A stretch of 64,000 bases of DNA, taken from Moniliella sp. 'wahieum'. Its lineage: Eukaryota. Below the pieces are notes generated by a model, which did not search any database, was not told where the DNA came from, and saw only the letters and a program-made list of their open reading frames with translations. Of the stretch, positions 36,560-49,250 are shown piece by piece (positions within the stretch are counted from its first letter, which is position 1; each line of letters begins with the position of its first letter). The position numbers were made by a program, and so were the translations under genes. The stretch spans positions 186,001 to 250,000 of the forward strand of contig RSEE01000050.1 in the NCBI GenBank assembly GCA_003971905.1. The letters run 5' to 3'.

Positions 36560-39500
36560 GATGGGTGGAAACGCATGGAACGGACCCCGGCATTCAGACA
36601 TTCAGTTCTTCGGGTTTCCCTGCCCAGTGATGGGAGACACGGCAGAACTATCGAGCGCAGCTTGCCAATGAAGGATATCCTCGTGACCATATCCAATCCG
36701 TGGCTTTCGCTGCAGTGTACGGGTCGTCTTGACACTCAAACGGCGCTGAACTGAGTGGCAGGACCGTTCATCTGACTGTACCTCAGACGATATGTCCGAC
36801 TTACTATTCTGACCCAAGTGATTCGTGAGCACTTGGGCCTCAACCAAGGGAGAGGTATGGGGTGGTCCTGACGATTCCTCTCCTCTCCGTTCACAAGAGC
36901 GAGAAGGACAGGGTTGGGTTCACCGTGGGAATATTGAGCACGGTGCAAGGCGAAGTGGGTTGGACCACAATTGCATCCAAACATTCCACCAGCTTCCCCA
37001 GTGGATCCACTGACGGACTTGACTCGGTATCAGCTGGCCTGCCCGTATCGGGGCCGAACGTTTCGGTGGAATTTCGCAACGACAGGGACTGATGGGGCAA
37101 AGGGCGAATTACCCCAGGGGGAAGAGCAAAGGGTTCGGTGAACTGTCCCATGGCCTAGACATCTGGTTCTCTTCCCTGCGCCACACCGAAGCAGAGTACG
37201 AGTTGAGGTCTTCATCTCTGTGCCCCCCATCGATCGATGGAGTGAGAAGTATCTCTTGTTCCAGGCAAGATTGCAGACGCTTGGATCTCCGGAGCCGACG
37301 ACGTGAATTGGATGGTTGATGCAGAGGATGTCGTTTGGTCTTGCGGTGCGAGAGCAGAGTCTGGAACAGCTCTGCCACCTCCTCCAACTCCGCCGTTGAA
37401 AAGCTACCGACATCAATGGTGAGCGACATGCCGTGCGCGGTGTCATGGGCCATGCCGCGTGTCAATGCTTTCGAGGGGGGTAGATAGGGGCACCTCATTG
37501 CCTGTCGATGTCGAGGCGAGTGACAATCCCGACAGCTTCGAAACAAGAGACCTACTGGAACTCGTCCAGCGGTCCTGTCGGATGGCCCGATCCAAGAGTA
37601 AGGTGCAGCACGGTAGCGAGAGCGGTCAAAACGGGGCCCCGGCGGCGGGTGGCCCATCAGTCGTTCAAATGCGGCCACATGGCGAAGATCCTCGTTGCTA
37701 ATATAAACGCTCGAAGTGCAGCTAGAGACGCTTGCATTGCTCCTTCGGCCAGAGGGACTTCCGATCCTTCGCTCGCCATACTATTCCCGGCCACACTAGA
37801 CGAAGGCAGTCCTGGATCCAGCGCACGGTCAAAGAGGATGCCCGTGTGTCCGCTGGATTCGGCTTCCACCTCATAGGTAGGACCAAATGTGGGACTGGAG
37901 TATGCCAGGCCAGAGTTGCTGCCAGGCCATGACTTTCCTCGCTTGCGGTTTCGGCCGGCCGAACGTGTTGTAAATCAAGAGAAAGAGGTGGCGGCCCGAA
38001 TGGAGTACCGAACCTGGGCCTTATTTTCCAGATGGCGGTGGCGGTGGAGACTTATTGTTAGCCTCAAAAGTCCAAGAGGGAGAAGCAGTGCCCCTCGATT
38101 CTGTGGTACTGCCCGGGCTACTAGGCACAGGAAACACCAACCCAGTCGCTTGATCTGGTAACATCGGAAGCGGTTGATCGGGGGGAGCGGGAAACGGGAA
38201 CAGTTCCGGAAGTAGGGGGGACGTCCTCTGGAGATCCATTTGTGCTCCTGGCATCTCCGTGGGACTCAAAGGGCAGAGGGAGGGTGTAGCTTGGGAGGAG
38301 GAAGGCAATGCAGGGGGGTCAGTCGAATTGACCCCAATGACGGATGCCTTCTTCGCGGTACGTTTTGGCGGAGGGGGAACCAGGTTGTCCCATCCAGGAA
38401 CACCATGGTCTGAAGCACGTTGCGCACGCTTCGGACCACGGATTGCCTGGACATACATTTCGTAGGCGGTACACATACGCGTTCGGTCATGAGGAGCAAA
38501 GGAGATATCCTTTCCTTCATGCGTAAACGAAGCAGCGTCGCTACTGAAGGAGGGGGGCAACCCGACATTTGTGGCGAAGGGGGCAACGGAGGCCGTAATG
38601 TCTTCGGTGGTGTGAACGGCGCCGTAAGATGACCCGCTGTAACTGTAAGCCATCATGTCCCCTGAGACGGTTAAGAGGTCAGTCGCCACGCTCTGGCTGG
38701 CGCTGCGACTACCAGTGTGGTCATCAGAGATTGGAGCAGTGACGTGAAAAGTCACAGGCGCTCCTTCGGTCACTTGAACTGGGGAGGTGGGTGTGGAGTG
38801 GGGGTATGCGGCGGAATGGGGGCAAATGCGTTAACCATTGCATCAGGGAGACTAAGCGAAGGGACCAAAGCACTTGTTAGATCCTCCCACTCGGCTTCAT
38901 TGGCTTCATTGACTTCATCATCCACGTCATTTGCCACTAAACCAATGGGATAGCGCCAGGGCATCTCAACAGACTTTCATTGGAACTTCCCGAGTATTGG
39001 AACGGATGGTGGAACGACGGAGGGTTTTAGGGGCGGGGCTTGTTACTCCAAGGCTCCCACTTGGGCTTCCACATGAACTTCCACGAGGACTAGCCCGGCC
39101 GGAAGGGACTGTGCGTATCCGCTCCCTTGCTCTCCCAGGAATGTTGGCCGAAACAGGGCGAAGATTGTTGAGGGATCGAGAGCGCGCAACGGAGAGGAAG
39201 CCTTATTGTTTCCACCGGCCGAACAGGACGACATTTCCGAATGCGTTCGATGGTGCGTTTTTACCGTATGGGTGCAGTAGGCGTAGTGGGGGTGGTGGGC
39301 ACGGAATGTTCTTTGAGTTCTTGCGTCCGAAGATGGGGGTGAGAAGTCCTGTGAATCTGCGCTGACGAGCCCGGGAACGCTGGACCGACAGGTGTCAGTA
39401 CATAAAACCCTATAGCACAAACCTCCCAAGAGAACAAAACATACTTTGGAAACCGAGGCTGAGGAGCTCGGTGGTCCGTGGGCGAGGCGGAGGCGGGTTC

Positions 39501-39905
39501 ATCATGCGGGGAATGCGGTGTGATCCTGTGGGGGGCGAGGGGCAGCGATGGGCTGACGATGGCTGACGAGTTGGATGATGAGACGGGGCGAACAACAGTA
39601 GCTGGGGCAAGGGGGCGGGGGCCTGAGGCGAGCACGGTATCCTCCCCGTCATCGACTTCGGCAATGGGGAAAACACTGTGGTCCCTCGGAGTCAATGGGA
39701 ACGGGGCAAAGTCGTGGAAGGTGAAGGAAGGAGAATCCAAAGGGACGCAGTGGAGGTGCTGTCGAACGAACCGGTGGCGACGGGTGCGGATGGGGCCAAT
39801 GTTGCCCTGACGCAGGCCGGAAGGGCGCCGAGCAAAGCCACCACTGGGGTGCATGTTAGGGACTGCGACGTGGAGACTTGATGATCGAGAGAATGGGTGC
39901 GACAT
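36560..39905 (-). CDS. Hypothetical low-complexity protein(s), one or two genes, with a CxxC-H-C motif
   Basis: Chain of minus-strand ORFs (39261-39905, 38770-38964, 38021-38773, 37109-37678). Putative intron ~39380-39445. Motif CRDCHSPRHRQAMRC. Boundaries are uncertain. Confidence 0.4.
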
Positions 39906-41482
39906 GTATGAATGAGGTGGGAAGGTTGTGGATAGGATTGCGCATCAAATTGGGTCTGGCTAAGCGGCGGAGGTGGATGCGGAGACCCATGGGCGCGAGA
40001 GGGCGCCTGGCCCATGATTGTGAGGACTTTGTTGGGGGGGTGGCGGGGTACCGCTGGGAGGGAGGGGAAAAGGAGCTGAAATGGCGGAGGCTGTAGTGGT
40101 GTAATGGAAGGGGTCAGTGAGAAGTGCCAGAGTAGATGGCAACCGCAGATGCCGCCAGCCGTTCGCAGATCCTCGCAGTTGTGAGAACGTTCAGATGCGC
40201 GCTTGACGGGATCTCAGCACTCCCAACCCTGCCGTTCGGTTGTCGAAGGCTGTGCCGTATACGTGGAGTTGGAAGGCGAGATAGAAATCGTGGCAGCAAA
40301 GAGGCCGCAGGGGGTTGGGGGCTACAATTTTACCGCTATTCCCCTGCGCAAGAGAAACCGCCAAGCGTTAATCCAGTCTAGGACTCTTGGGTTCCGGACA
40401 GGCCCAGAGCGGCTACTAATCCGATTCAAACACAGGAAGAGAACACCGCCAGATGCCGATCCCCACACTGCCCCCGTGCAGTGGTTTCGCGCAAAGTCGA
40501 TGTATCACTCAGTGGTTCAGTTTTAATTACTTGATGCCTATTCTGGCAAGGATGGTTTGTATGGTTAGTACTTATAGTGCGGTTAGTATAACCTGTAACA
40601 TTGTAACCAGTAACTAGTAACCGACAATCGGTAACCTCCCTATCTTTTTTCAATCCCCGCGCTTCTTCAGACTCCCCACCTGCACCACCACTCCTCTACT
40701 CCTCTCGCGTCACTACCGTCACTAAGTCACTAGTCACTAGCCACTAGCTTCATTGCCTCACGCGTCACCACAGTCACTAGTCATAGTCACTATAGCCACC
40801 CTGTCCCGTCACGCGTTACAGGCTGGCGACGCAGTGTGGCACATGTGACATGTGAGCACACGTGTGCCGCGGTGGAGTACGCGGGTGGTGCAAAAAAGAG
40901 AGAGTAAGCACAGTGTGCGCGAGCACCACAGCGACACACCTGAGAGCGAAGCACCATATACCGCTCTATCGCCTCTGTGTGCTGCGTTTACTATTTCTTG
41001 CCAAGGGTGCATTATCGACAGCATCATGAAGTGAATCTTATAGCCATTTTTTCTACTTAAGGCATCTGTGTGTGTAGACATTGTAGCTGCGCCAACAGGC
41101 ACCAAAACTCAATTACTCACTAGTGCCAGAGTGTCTATTATTCGAGCTGTCACATTGTCACGCGTCACACGTCACGCGTCACCATCAGCAAGAATATGCG
41201 CATTGCCATTTGTCACGCTGCGCGCACACCATCATTGCATCCTATCGACCACACTGCATACACCAATGTGCGCTTCCTTTTGCGGATCTGTCAAGATCTA
41301 GTGATACTTCTGTTCAGTACTCAGTACTCAGTCAAAGATCACACATCTGAGGCCTGTCTGAGGCCTGAGAGCCTGAGGGTTCTGATCGACATTTGAAGCC
41401 CTGAGTGAGGCCAGTTCATCTTCACAAGAGTTGAGCGGGTTCAGCTACTTGTGTGCATCTTTGGCGCACCAGATAAAATTGT

Positions 41483-42902
41483 CTAAAAGCAACGGCACAA
41501 AAATTCGAAAAAAGCAGTACAGAAACAGGTAACAGGCGGTATCTCGTCAGGCAGGAATGAGCTTCGTGGCATAGGTATGGTGTCGTTGGTTTGTCCCACT
41601 CGGCGGCGAGGGGAAGGGCACGGGGACCCAGAACGGGAGAGAGAATGGGAAGTAGAAAGGGAGGGAGGACTGCCCGGTACACTGGTGGCAAGAGGGGACT
41701 CGATCTCGTCACTGGTCCGGAAACCAGCCACTTCGAGGGGGTGAAGCACCTTGCCTCCCGTCCCCACGCGACCACTGGCTGGTTCGAATGCCAAAGCCGC
41801 CCTGGCACGGCTCGTCATCTCCTCCACCAACGCGGCGCATCGTCCATTGAGCGTGGCCAAGACAGGGTCTTCTTGAGCCTCGGCTTCATCGTCTTCGTCC
41901 TTTTCCTCTTCCGAGGATATCGAAAGAGACGAAGCCGGCACCTCCCCTTGCTCGGGGCCGGTGCGGATCCGGCGGCGCAACTCGCGGATCTCCGGGCTTG
42001 GCGCAGCTTGGTCATCTCCAACGCTTCATTGATCGTCAACAGACTTCGATTGGAAATCTCCAAATCGAGAATTTTACGTGCCAACTTGGCTTCGTCCTCA
42101 GCGTTCGAATCATCTTCATCGGTAGAGGGGAAATCCAGTGGAGAGGCAGAGACATCCTGCTCCTGGTGGCGAGTGCCAGTCTTTGTGTCGGGGGAGCAGA
42201 CGCCGCTGGCTTGGAATTTTCACTGGACAAACTTGAGGGGGACTGGTCAGGCTGCTCCGCCGCCATCTGTGGGTTGCGATGGGTATGCGTGTGGGGGCGG
42301 GGAACGGTCGGGACCACGGTTATCCCGCCCAGGCCCTGGGTGTGGTGGGACTGCCCGGGCCTGGGCCCAAGACGGGACTACGTAGGCCAAAAACTGGGTG
42401 TACTAATGTGAGAGCAGACGGGGGGACTGCGAGGCTTGTCCCCATTGTGGGGTAGTGTATAGTACACTGGAGGCAAGGAAGAAGAGACGGGGCGGGTAGC
42501 GACGGGGCGGGCGTTGGCACGGAGGATGGCAGAGCTTTGAGCCTTGCGGATACTGGGATGATCTCGTTGGTCCGCCAGGGGGGAGACCGGGAGGAGGAAA
42601 CAGATGCGAAAGACTTGCGGGATCGAAGGCGAGGACTGCTCCCTTTGGCACTTAGCGACCTTTGTGGCGTATGGGCAAGGGAGGACAGGCGACTTTGGCA
42701 CGGGGGGGCGCTTGCGCCACTTGGGCAGCGGAGATGAGGTTGCATGGTGTAGACGTTGGGGGATGGGGGTTACGATGGGACGGAGGGAAGCGTCGTAGTC
42801 TAAGGGTAGGGGGGGAGTGGGATTGGGGAGTGCGCAGGTCGGGCGGGCGGCGCGTCCTGAAGGCTCCTGCATCTGGAGCGGATGCGGGGGGATGGGAGAC
42901 AT
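41483..42902 (-). CDS. Conserved fungal coiled-coil hypothetical protein
   Basis: AEDEAKLARKILDLEISNRSLLTINEALEMTKLRQAR..LRRRIR, an acidic stretch, DPVL...C..LV and GGKVL, after an S/P-rich N-terminus. Confidence 0.7.
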
Positions 42903-43415
42903 GGCGCGAGTGGGAAGGGCATGGGGGCATGCTCTGCGCTGGGCAGACGACGGGTGGATGGGGGTGAAGAGAGGGGGAGAGGGAGCAACAGGTGTTGCTG
43001 AGTCGGAGGAGAGGGGATGAGGGAGCGGTGGGAGGCCGCCGGGGTCTTTGACGAGCGAGTAGCTGCGTGCTGCCGCCCCGTGGGGCAGCGCCATGCGGAG
43101 AGCACACAGCTGCCCCCGTGCCCCGCCTGGGTGCGACTCTTTCTCAGGCCACCCGCTGTCCCGGCGAGTCTGCATATTTCAGCTCTCCCTGCCGGGTGCT
43201 GCCGGAACCAGCGTGACGCGTGACGCGTGACGCGTGACGCCCCGGCTGCACGCGCGTGATGTCATCGATGTCATCCTCGTTAGTCTGTTCGACGCGTGCC
43301 TGGGCGTTGCACTCGACTGAATTCAATAGTCAGCCGTGCTCAGCCGCTCAGCTGCTCAGCCGCTCAGCCCGCTTCGACCGCCATTGCCACCAACGGCCCC
43401 CTGGTTGCACCTCCC

Positions 43416-45157
43416 ATGGCCATCTTCTCTTCCGGCAGCGACAAGAACGCTCTCCCGGCCGCTCCCGCCGCGCCTTCCGCACCCCACACGTCCCGCCCCA
43501 GCGCGGCGAGTGTCGCAGCCGCCGTGCATGGCGGCCGTCCAGCCGACGCTCTGGCCGACTATCTGCTGGCTCAGGCGCGCGAATCGCTGCATGCCCTCCA
43601 CCAGCACGGGTACCTGCCTGCGCGTGAGTACCAGACGATCAAGGCTGTGCTTGATACGGTCAAGCTCGCCTCTCCTGACCCCCCTCCATCCAAATCCCGC
43701 TCCACGCGGGGCGCCCAGGAGGAAGAAGACGAAGAGGATATTGGCAAAGTCAACTCGTGGTTGCGTACCACACTCGAGGACACTTCCCTCATTCCCACCT
43801 TGGTACAGAGCGCCCTTACTACGGCGGCGCCTTTCCTCTCCGGTACCCAGGTGGATGCGATCATGGAGGTTGTCGGTGAATCTCAGGAAACAATTGCAAA
43901 AACGATCACCAACCCGGCGGCCCAGCAGATGGCCAAGCAACACGCGATTGCCGCCTCTAAAGCAACCGGTCGTGGGGTCAAGGCGGGCTGGCAGGCTTCC
44001 TCCAAGTCCATGTCGGATGCGGTGGAAAAAAATAAGGCCCAGCGGCAAACCAAGAACAAGATCAAGGAAGAACAGCAGGCCGTGGCGGCCGAGTTGGCGG
44101 CTGAGCGCGAGTGGGCACGGAAACATGTGGTAGAGCGCGCATCTGGGAGTCATCCCACCCTCGCCAGCTCGACTGAACAGAAGAGCCATGCGGATCGATT
44201 GGCCGTGTTGGAGGCACGAGATACAGCACTGGCTCAGCAGAGTGCTGCCCAGAGTTTGCAAGAGAGGAAGGAATCGGTGGCTTCCCATCGAGTCCCTCCT
44301 ATGCCTTGGGAGCGGCAAGCGGACCCCGTCGGCTCAGCAGCTTCCGACCAAGATGCACTTGGTGGCTCCTTCGTTTCGGCTCAATGCATTCCTCTGCCCA
44401 AGGTGGAAGGGGAGGGGGCACACTCGGCACTTACCACCACCTTTTCTCCTTGGCCTGGGATGGTGTTGAGTCAATCCCTTGTCGTCTCATCAGGCACGAG
44501 GTCGGACATTCGTTTGTTCCAGCAATCCAGCGCGCCTACCCGTGAGTCAACGCAAGAATGGATCGAGTCCCCTCTTGCATCGCGTTTGTCTCTCCCGCCC
44601 ACGTCAAGCAGCATCTCATCGTCAACTCGGTCCCCAGGTGCCCCTCCTTCGCCAACCCCTTCCAGCGAGAAAAGGCACGTCCTGCCTCCCATTCCTGCTT
44701 CGGCTCCAGCTCCGGCTTCCACTCCCACCCCCCCTGTAGGTCCGGCCCCAGCATACGTGCCTTATTCTCCTCCTCCACCGCCCTTGCCAAGCGCACGCCC
44801 AGGCGCCTCCTCCACCGCGGCTGCCTACCTCGACTTCATCGTATCGCGTGCCTCCGCCGCCGCGGCAGCCTACCTCGACTGCATCGTATCACCCGCCTCC
44901 ACCGGGGGTCACGTTCGCTTCCACCTCACTCGTCCTACCACACATCTGGCACGAGCTCCCGCCCTCCTCCTGTTCCTGCGCTGCCTACAAGCCAGCCGAG
45001 TAAACCTTTCTCTTCGCCTGCAGCCGCACGCCCTCCCCCGCCGCCACCTCTTCCTGCCGGCGGCGCGGTGGACGAGACGGCTCCGCCGCCCTTTGGCACG
45101 GTCGTCGACACGACCGCGTCCAAGCGCAAGGGCGGATGGAGCCGGTTGCTTGGTTAA
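43416..45157 (+). CDS. Hypothetical protein with Pin3/Lsb1-like N-terminal helical motif, coiled coil and proline-rich C-terminus
   Basis: Long ORF. LADYLLAQARESLHALHQHGYLPAREYQTIKAVL, polyproline tail, probable end KRKGGWSRLLG* after frameshifts. Confidence 0.6.
44805..44894 (+). repeat. Two-copy 45-bp coding tandem repeat (PPPPRLPTSTSSYRV / PPPPRQPTSTASYHP)
   Basis: Direct alignment of 44805-44849 with 44850-44894. Confidence 0.85.
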
Positions 45158-45865
45158 CTGTGCAGAGTCGTCACCGTTTCTGAGTGGAATGGACCGTGGG
45201 AAGGGGGGGGTGGCGACGTTTTGTGGGAATGGCTGGGATGGTCATCTTGGCTGTTGCTATGGAGAACTGCGGAAACGGAAGAGTGTTGGTGGAACGTATC
45301 TCTGTGTGTGTGGTGAGGGGGGGCTATCCTGCTTACCCATGAAACTTGCACAGCATGCTCATGTGATGCTCATGTGAGCAAGAAGTTTTCCCCGCAGACC
45401 AGCCGTTGTGGGGGAAAGCCCAACCCTTGGCGGCTCTTACGATTGGTTTTCAAGGAGTGCCGTTGTGACCTACTGGGAGCGACGAACCTCTTCAAGAGGG
45501 CCTTTTTGGGCCAGAGTCTGCGCCTTCAGTGAATGCCTGATATTTTCCCCTATTTGCCGCAGACCACTGTACTGTGTGCTGTCCTTTGCTTCCAAGCGCT
45601 ACGCTTTCAAGCCCAATTAATCACAAAGCAATAGCATCCATTCAGGTAAGCGTCCATGTCACCTGACGGTGCATGATGAATGGACAAGCAAGAAAACGCT
45701 CCGTAAAAGAACTGTTGAAGCAGAGGGAGATGAACATGAGGGGTCCATAAAAGTGTGTAGATCGAAGTACACACAAAACATAGGCCCAAACCAAAAGGGG
45801 CTTTCCTCAAGACTTGTTCTCTTCATGCGGCAAAGGGGGGGGGGGGTAGAGCGGGAGCGCTTGTG

Positions 45866-46992
45866 AGCCTTCTGACTTAATTTGTGAAACCTGGCCGTCA
45901 ACCGTGATGGACTGGGGGGCATAGTATGGGAGATGGACTTTCCGCTCCTTCATCCTGCTCAGGGGGGGAGGTAGAGCGCGAAGGTTGCGAGCGATGGAAG
46001 AAGGACGAGGCTCGTTGTTTCAAATTCCGTTTGCCTGCTGCCGGTCGCGTTTCGAGCCAGCGCGAGAGAGCAAGGGCGAGGATTCCGGCGTACTCGGTGG
46101 CCGCGTGCGCTGGGGTGAAGACGGGTTGGTTTCTGACTCTTGTTTCTCCCTCGCTGAAGGATACAGTTGAGGTTCGGCTTTGAGCTGGGATAGAGACCCA
46201 TGTGGGGTAGAAGACATGGGAGGAGAACCCGTGTTTGAAGGAAGGAACTGAGGAGGTTGAGGTGGATGAAAAGCACCTGCTTCCTTTTGTTCCTCTTTTT
46301 CCGTAGGTATTGAAGGAGAAAGAGCTGCTTCCGTTTGATCTTTCTTTTTAGTCACCTTGGAGAGAGAACGGGCGACGGTGACGGTGACGGCGATGGCGAT
46401 GGTGAAGGCGATGGCGATGGAAATGGCAATGGTGGCGGGGATGACGACGGAGTAGCAATTCGCATAACGTACGGATCACGGCTTGGGGGCTTGCGTTGTT
46501 GTCTTGGTGGTGTGGTGAGCACGGCGGAAGAGAGGCTCCAATTGAATGAGTCAAGCACTGTTGGATCCACCTTCTGGACTGGATCAGGAAGCGACCCAAC
46601 AATCGGCTTCTGGGTAGTGGGCATGGGGTGCAACGACCCTTCATCCTCATTGGGAGGAGGCCGGTGCTCAGGTAGTATATTCGGTACTGTTGGTCCCGGC
46701 AGCTTTTCGTCCGACTCCCATCCGTGAAGCCCAGAAGAGGCAGGGAGCAGTGTAGGATCAGGCCGTTCCGCAATAGGTGGCGATTGAACAGGATCGAGTT
46801 CTGGGGGTTGGGTCGCTGATGCCTCCGTAAAAGGGATGTTGGGCGGGTGCGTTTTCAGCTTGGATTGCGGTTTGCGTACGGGCTGGGGCGCGTTGGCACT
46901 CGAGCGCCAAAATGCAGCAACGAGAACAACCACCGACACCCCGCCGCGGCCACACTCATGGCCGCCATCGACCGGTCCAGCGTAGCGGGCAT
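45866..46992 (-). CDS. Hypothetical Ser/Pro-rich protein with (SP)n tract
   Basis: Overlapping minus ORFs 46352-47122 and 46020-46355. A hexamer repeat at ~46374-46420 encodes SPSPSP. Confidence 0.45.
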
Positions 46993-47256
46993 GGTTCAGG
47001 CGATGATGGACGAGCGAGAGAGGGGACGAGAGGGGTTTGCCTTCGAGTGATAAAGCCACAAGTGGACTCAGTCTGTGCTCGAGAGGTGTCGTGAGGCCCA
47101 GAGGGGCCTGAGGCGTGGGCAAACGTTAGGCCCCTGAAACGTTCACACGCATGTCGGTGTGTTCATCCATGCTTGTGACGTGACACACAGTCTCATGTGA
47201 TGCGATCTGCCTTTTTTTTCGGACACCCACTGGAGCTTGGCCACCGCCATCTCTCC

Positions 47257-49198
47257 ATGCCGCCCCAAGTCCAGGTTATCTCGCGCGGCCCTGCCCAAGC
47301 CCACGCCCAAATCCAAGGCGCGATCCGTGCCGGCTCCCGGTGAGGTGAGGGATGTGGATGAGGCCCTCGAGTTGGCGATCAAGTCGGAAGAGCGGTGTGA
47401 GCGGTACATGACCTCGATGGGCAGTACCGCCTACCGAGCTCTCACCACCGCCAGTGATTACTTTGCTGCAGCTGCCCAGCTCGCCACGCAAACAGGCCGC
47501 CACTTGGCTCGGGCCGATGTTGTACAATGGGGCTCGGACGTATTTTACGCTGGCTTCGCAGTTCGTTCTTCCGCCGCGTTGGCGCGCGCTCCAGATGAGT
47601 GTGGAGAGTTACTGTCTCGCCTTGGAGGCCGAGGCAGCTCATTCGGGCGGCAAGGAGACCGAGTTTAAGTGGGACATTATCTACAACTCAGCATGCTATC
47701 AGGCCCGTGTGATCGGTTATGGATGTGGGTGAGCCGAGAAGGCAGGCTCATCACGTACCGCCGGTCCCCCCCGCGGGTCGCTCGTATGGCGTGGCCAACA
47801 ATACCTCTGTTCGTTCCGACTCGGCCCGCGCCATTGAGCTCTACCTTGGCCTCGTTCATGCATACCTCGGTCGACTGCTGGAGCGCACTCTTGTGTCGGG
47901 GGAAATGGACCCTGGTCCCTCTGAAGAACCTGAATCCTCTGCCCCGAAGAGCCGCAAGAGTTGTCCTTTTACGCCAGCTCCCATATCAATCTCCAATCCG
48001 TTCTGACGCCCTCGAGGGAAGTGTGAATTGCCTCCGGCAATGGCTTTCCACTTTTTCGTCCCCCGCGGAATCCGACTGCGCGGAGCAAGTCCAACATGCC
48101 CTTGCGGCGGTGGGCGATGCCGTCGGAGGCCACCGTCGATCCAGCGGACGAAGAAGATAGGGATGCTCATCGGTTCGCACGAGAACGCTTGGCGCTCTGG
48201 GCGTTGGAAGTTCGCATCGGTCTTGCCGAGCAGAGCGGAGACGGTCGCTTGTATCCGATGCCTTGTCTCTCTCCCAGGCGCCCAGGCCGGACTGCCGACT
48301 CGCTCACATCCAACCCGGAGGCCGTCTTGGCTCCCAAGCCGCCTCCCTGTGCCTTGAGTGGCCGGCATGGGCCTGCGGGCTGCACGGCAAGGGTCCCAAG
48401 AGGCCATCCAGCCCAGCTGGGACTTGGCTGCGGCCGCTTCGAGGTTACTCCTCCGCGTACAGGCCTACGGCCAGTCTCAGCCTGGCACGGTGCTCAATGC
48501 GCTGGGAGCTAACGAGATGGCACGCGAAGCCAACGTGGCGCTGGCACAGGTTAGCGAGTTGAGGGCAAGCCAGGTGTTCGGGGACAGCACGCCTCTGGAC
48601 CGCGCCCGAAGGAGGAAACCGTGTCACTCCTCTTGGCTAATGCGAGGGTGTACGCGCGTCGTGCGTTGAGCTCCACTAGTCTCTCCTGGGCCCTGCGGGA
48701 GACCAAGGGGGTATGCCTCACTATGGAACCGCACCGTGCGCGAAGGGTAGATGGAGACACCTCCCTTTTCTGGGAAAAGGTTCGGGATGAGGCTACGTTC
48801 TCGAGCTGTATGCTCGCATTGCCTGGGCTCGCGCACGGCATGCTGCTACTGAGGAGGTCGTAACCGAATCGGTGGAGGAGGCCCAACGTTTGGCTCACGT
48901 GCTTGGACTCTTGTTCACCTCCCCAAGGCAAGAGAAGATCCCTCCCTCAATGAAGGATGGGCTTTGGCTTGGGACCATCGCGTCGAAGGGGGCGAGGGAA
49001 CGGCCCCAGCTCTCGCCTCGGATGTATGCGAGCCGGATGATGCCACCATCTTTGACAATGCGTGGAGCGCAGCTGTCGGGGCTGCTGACTGGCATGGACT
49101 GTGACCTATTTACAGTCTCTATTTCGACGTGGAGGATATCTATGGAGAAACCATGCCCAACCTCGAGGCGTCAGATACAATGTGCAGAGTAGCGATAG
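47257..49198 (+). CDS. TPR-like helical repeat protein (heavily frameshifted)
   Basis: DVDEALELAIKSEERCERY...A.DYFAAAAQL, MLYNGARTYFTLASQF, VESYCLALE and WDIIYN form a helical-repeat pattern. Confidence 0.55.
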
Positions 49199-49250
49199 TT
49201 CGACAAGGTGCTAGGCCTGGTCACCCAGTAGCCTGCGTTCGGCTGCCCGC

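Noticed and set aside
39261..39330. HMG-box-like end (TFRAHHPHYAY)
   Set aside because: The rest of an HMG box is absent, and alternative frames read as S/P/T-rich low complexity.
1024..43240. Repeat arrays as CRISPR or telomeric repeats
   Set aside because: There are no unique spacers or cas genes, the context is eukaryotic and there is no TTAGGG array.
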